DNA from: Octopus sinensis
Taxonomy: Eukaryota
Assembly: GCF_006345805.1 (NCBI RefSeq)
Contig: NC_043018.1
Location: 22,754,001-22,818,000, forward strand
Direction of reading: 5' to 3'
DNA: 64,000 nucleotides
Shown here: positions 59,723-64,000 of the stretch, piece after piece
Layout: every line of letters begins with the position of its first letter
How positions within the stretch are numbered: the first letter of the stretch is position 1
Notes under the pieces: generated by a model
What the model saw: only the letters and a program-made list of their open reading frames with translations
Told to the model about the DNA's origin: nothing
Databases searched by the model: none
Program-made: the position numbers and the translations under genes

Positions 59723-60431
59723 ATATTATAGTTGTTCTAAAGAGAGAGGTAGCTATCCGGAAAGTTCATATTCTAACCTCTATACATAAGTGAAAAGAGA
59801 ATAAGAACAGTCCTTTACATCTATTTCTGGAGTCTGGCAATTAGTAAATGCAGTGTTTTATCTTATTTTTATTTTCTGTTTTTACAGTCATTAGACTGTG
59901 GCCATGCTAGGGAATGACCTTGAAGAATCTTAGTTGGATGAAATGATTCCAGTGCTAATTTTTTTAAAGCCTGGTATTCATTCTATTGACCTGTTTTTGC
60001 CAAGTCACTAAGTTACGGGAATGTAAACACACCAACACTGGTTGTCGTCAGGGGAGGGGACAAACACAAATACAAAGATACATGCCACACACACACACAC
60101 ATAGATGAGTCTTCTTTCAGTTTCTGTCTACCACACACACACACACACAGATGACAGTCTTCTTTCAGTTTCTATGTACCACACACACACACACACACAC
60201 ATATATTATGGAGTCTCCTGTCTTTAAACGATGGGTGGTCAAGGGTCTGCTACTTCTGGCTGAACAATCTGCACAAATGATTTGCTTATAATGGTCAAAC
60301 CTATGTGCTGTACATCAGCTCACTCCCTTTAAATGCTGAGAGATTAATACTCTTTTGGTACAGGCATAGATGTGTGATTAAGGAGTTCACAATGATTCAA
60401 TTTCAGGTCAATACCACTGAGCTATAATTAT

Positions 60432-60720
60432 CACAATCTCAGGTCCACTCGAATTTCGGTAAATGTTTTCCTACAATGACCTGAGAATGACCCAACTTGG
60501 GCAGATGTCTTCCTACCACAGCCTCAGGTTGGCCTAAACTCGGGCATAAGTTTTCTCACCACAACTTCAAGTCGATCCAAACTTGGGCTAATGTCTCACA
60601 ACCACGGTCTTAGGTCGACTCAAACTCAGGTAAATGTTTTCCCACTACAACCTCAGGTTGCCTCAAAATTGGGCAAATGTCTTCTTACCACCCACAGTCT
60701 CAGGCTGAGCTAAACTTTGA
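60432..60720 (+). repeat. Degenerate ~43-bp tandem array (about 7 units) inside an old SINE family A copy
   Basis: Units like ACAACCTCAGGTTGCCTCAAAATTGGGCAAATGTCTTCTTACC resemble the SINE segment GGGCAAGTGTCTTCTACTATAGCCTCGGGCCGACCAAAGCCTT; SINE head-like sequence at ~60362 and GGAAACT..GAAGAAGCCCGT at ~60738. Confidence 0.65.
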
Positions 60721-60807
60721 GTGAAACTGAGCAAATGGAAACTACGAAGAAGCCCGTTGGCTGGACTTTGCTGTTATTGTGTGGTAACAGAGGAATATGG
60801 CTAAAAA

Positions 60808-61144
60808 GACTCCCTTCAGTCACAAATGACCATGGGATTGCACCTAGAAAGTTCCCCTCCAAGGTGCAAGTCCAGGCAAAGTTGTTTTGTGAAAGACCAG
60901 CAGTCACCCATGCATACCAGCCTCCCGTCTCTGTGCCACTGATGTTATCCAAGGGAAAGGCAAAGGTCAATATAACTTGGCACCAGTGATGCCACAACAC
61001 ATTTCTACAGCTGAGTGAACTGGAGCAACATGAAATAAAGTGTCTTGCTCAAGAACACAACACACACAGTCCAGTCCAGGAATCAAACTCACAACCTCAC
61101 TATTGTAAGCCCAACACTCAAACCAATGAGCCATGTGACTTCAC
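60808..61144 (-). mobile_element. tRNA-derived SINE, family E
   Basis: Colinear with 23305-23613. Confidence 0.82.
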
Positions 61145-61489
61145 TCAACAGAGGAGTATGGCAGCACTGTATTGTTATTATTATTATTATTATTAACTGC
61201 AGACTAGTTAAGAGGGTCACAGTAGCTCTGTATTATTAGCTACATGTTACTTAAGAGGGCTATGGTAGCCTTGTATTACATCCATCCCTCTTTTCTGCCC
61301 ACTATTCTTGGGAGGATGTAGGGGCAGAGACCTCAGGCATCTCTTCCATTGGGTCCTCTCAGAAGCCCCTCTTCCACTGGGTCCTCTTCCATTGGGTCCT
61401 CTCAGAAGCAACCTTCATTACACTTTCTGGTTGGATCACCAAGCATGACCAATGGAAACTATTAATATTATCCAACCATCGGAAGGTGG

Positions 61490-61700
61490 CAAGGTGGCAG
61501 AATCGTTAGCACACTGGATGAAATGCTTAGCAATATTTCACCTGTTGCTATGTTCTGAGTTCAAATCCTGCTGACATCACCTTTGCCTTTCTCTCTTTTG
61601 GGATCGATAAATTAAGGAACAGTGAAACACTGGGCTCAATGTAATCAACTAGTCCCCTTCCCCCAAATTTCAGGCCTTGTGCCTTTAGTAGCAAGGACAA
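61490..61700 (+). mobile_element. SINE family C variant
   Basis: GGCAGAATCGTTAGCAC head, GTTCTGAGTTCAAATCC B box. Confidence 0.8.
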
Positions 61701-61972
61701 TATCCAACCATCTCATTCTTGGTCAACTGCCAAGGTCTCCTGTTGGATGGCTTGGCTTGAAAAATCTGTCCTGTGATTCTCCCCTGTGACATTCTAATCA
61801 CATCATGTAGTGCCAAAGCTGTGAGTTCTCAATGCGGACAAGTAGTGGCTTGGCCAGGAGAGACTTGCTCAAAGTGTTGCAAAATTTAAATGAATATAAT
61901 AGCCATTGAGTATTTGTAACAAAATCAGAAAGTTGTAAAAGCTTGGGAAAAACAAAAGTGAAAGTTAAGGAA

Positions 61973-62138
61973 GCAGGAGTGGCTGTGTGGTAAGTAGCTT
62001 GTTTACCAACCACATGGTTCCGGGTTCCTTGGCACCTTGGGCAAGTGTCTTCTACTATAGCCTCGGGCCAACCAAAGCCTTGTGAGTGGATTTGGTAGAC
62101 GGAAACTGAAAGAAGCCCATCGTATATATGTATGTATA

Positions 62139-62183
<45 letters not shown>

Positions 62184-62383
62184 CCTCGTGAGCACCGCCA
62201 GCAATTTTTTTTCCTCTGTCTTCCCTTCTCGGGATCTTTCCTTCTCCTTTGTTTCCGACGAAGAGCTCCGCTTGAAACGTTAAACCCTCCTTCTTCCCTT
62301 CTTTCCTGAGCGTCCAATAATACTTTATTTGTTCCACGTCCTCGCGTTGCTGTTTTTTTGTGTTTTCTTGTTTGGATTAACTT

Positions 62384-62417
<34 letters not shown>

Positions 62418-62636
62418 CGTGTTTGTGTGTCTGTGTTTGTCCCCCTAGCATTGCTTGACAACCGATGCTGGTGTGTTTATGTCCCCATCACTTAGCGGTT
62501 TGGCAAAAAGAGACCGATAGAATAAGTACTGGGCTTACAAAGAATGAGTCCCGGGGTCGAGTTGCTCGATTAAAGGCGGTGCTCCAGCATGGCCACAGCC
62601 AAATGACTGAAACAAGTGAAAGAGTAAAGAGTAAAA
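61973..62636 (+). mobile_element. SINE family A with a Penelope-like fragment (~62183-62383) inserted in its internal (TA)n
   Basis: SINE head to 62150, (TA)n, foreign 200 bp, (TA)n, SINE tail 62405-62636. Confidence 0.88.
62251..62285 (+). ncRNA. Minimal hammerhead-like motif with CCGACGA core
   Basis: GUUU CCGACGA A GAGC-UCC-GCUU GAAA CGUU AAAC: stem I GUUU/AAAC, stem II with one G-U, palindromic AACGUU stem III. Confidence 0.6.
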
Positions 62637-62980
62637 GAGAAGCTATTACCTCTGCTGGCAACAAAGAAATTCACTTTCTGAGTGTGGAGGCATGTGGCTT
62701 AGTGGTTAGGGTGTCAGACTCATGATCGTAAGATTTTGATTTCAATTCCTGGACCAGGCGACATGTGTTCTCGAGCAAAACATTTCATTTCACATTACTC
62801 CAGTCCACTCTGCTGGCAAAAATGAGTAATCCTGTGATGTCCCACCCAGGTGGGGAATATGTACGCCATGAAACCAGGGAACTGGCCATTATGTGTCAGT
62901 ATGACTCGGAAAGGAGCTGTATCCTTTTATACATTCTGAATGAAGGGGGCAGATTGTATGATGCTTGTGTATGAAACGCA

Positions 62981-63332
62981 ATGTTGCACGGTAGTGATGT
63001 TGCACGGTAGTGATGTTGCACGGTAGTGATGTTGCACGGTAGTGATGTTGCACGGTAGTGATGTTGCACGGTAGTGATGTTGCACGGTAGTGATGTTGCA
63101 CGGTAGTGATGTTGCACAGTAGTGATGTTGCACGGTAGTGATGTTGCATGGTAGTGATGTTGCATGGTAGTGATGTTGCATGGTAGTGATGTTGCATGGT
63201 AGTGATGTTGCACGGCAGTGATGTTGCACGGTAGTGATGTTGCACGGTAGTGATGTTGCACGGTAGTGATGTTGCACGGTAGTGATGTTGCATGGTAGTG
63301 ATGTTGCATGGTAGTGATGTTGCACGGTAGTG
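62981..63332. repeat. 16-bp minisatellite ATGTTGCA(C/T)GGTAGTG, 22 units
   Basis: Exact 16-bp period; explains the HYRATSLPCNITTVQH ORFs. Confidence 0.97.
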
Positions 63333-63589
63333 AAACATGGGCTTTGCTTGCGGAGAGTATGGGAGAGTTGAAGAGAAATGAAGCACGGCTCTGCTGGATG
63401 AGTGAGGTTACTGTGCATGAATGACGGATTACAAATGAGCACAGAGGGAGAGAGGGAGAGAGGGAGAGAAAGAGGGTAAAAGAGGAACCAGATGAAGTGG
63501 ACAAAGGATATGACTGCACTGAGACAGATAGATGATGCAGACAAAGAGAGAATGTGTCAGTTGTATAAAGAAGTACCAAGCAATTGAAG

Positions 63590-63995
63590 TAGATGGCTCG
63601 GAAACCTGGACGTTATCAGAGAAGCTTGAGAGGCGGTTGGATGGAACCTACACTCGCCTCCTTATGAGAGCTCAAAATCTCTCGTGGAGGCGCCATCCAA
63701 CCAAAATGCAAGTATAGGGGAAACTACCACCTGTGTCATCTCTCGCGAAAGGTAGGAGAGTCCGGTTTGCTGGACGTTGTTGTAGAGCTGGAAACGAGGC
63801 GATTTCTACTCTTCTCCTCTGGAAGCCATCTGCTCGCGATACCAGAGGGCGCACACTCTCCTACCCTGATGTAATCTCCAGGGATACAGGCATCCAGCAA
63901 CAGGATCTCCGTAATGTTATGATGGACCGTGAAGTCTGGCGTAGCATGGTAAATTCCATTGTCTCGACCACAGTTGAACAATGATGATGATGAGA
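63590..63995 (+). mobile_element. RTE-clade LINE 3' end with (TGA)n tail
   Basis: GSETWTLSEKLERRLDGTYTRLLMRAQNLSWRRHPTKMQV*GKLPPVSSLAKGRRVRFAGRCCRA...DREVWRSMVNSIVSTTVEQ*; one in-frame stop at 63715-63717. Confidence 0.9.
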
Positions 63996-64000
63996 TGGAA

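Noticed and set aside
61700-61900. Possible LINE C-terminal fragment on minus strand (LWHYMM...RWLDI)
   Set aside because: Similarity too weak to call without a profile search.
47291-63332. CRISPR-like or coding interpretation of the 16-, 20-, 43- and 108-bp repeats
   Set aside because: Head-to-tail units with no unique spacers, eukaryotic context and no cas genes.
57905-64000. Candidate first exon of PM20D2
   Set aside because: No segment encoding M20 N-terminal motifs or a phase-0 donor with a plausible ORF was found by eye.

Overview
AT-rich, repeat-dominated animal genomic DNA. I recognise the SINE families and microsatellite load as typical of Octopus, but this is from memory and no search was run. 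One host gene is supportable: five minus-strand coding exons (57756-57904, 55637-55779, 52984-53138, 50877-51111, 43254-43399) of a peptidase M20 domain-containing protein 2 (PM20D2-like). All have canonical GT/AG sites and splice in phase into 275 C-terminal residues plus stop. The N-terminal exon(s) were not found and probably lie beyond base 64000. The remainder is transposon debris and tandem repeats: several tRNA-derived SINE families; RTE, CR1, CRE-like and Dong/R4-like non-LTR remnants; Gypsy integrase and Tigger/pogo fragments; mariner, piggyBac-like and other MITEs; non-autonomous Helitrons (one with a RepHel fragment); Penelope-type fold-backs; and a 99-N gap. Nearly all ORFs in the supplied track are microsatellite or repeat artefacts. 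I see no convincing new multi-gene system. The most notable signals are six minimal hammerhead-ribozyme-like motifs with family-specific core variants, one of them in sense orientation next to a PM20D2 splice acceptor, and an unusual density of near-perfect inverted repeats, several inside PM20D2 introns. SINE family letters A-E are my own labels for this window.
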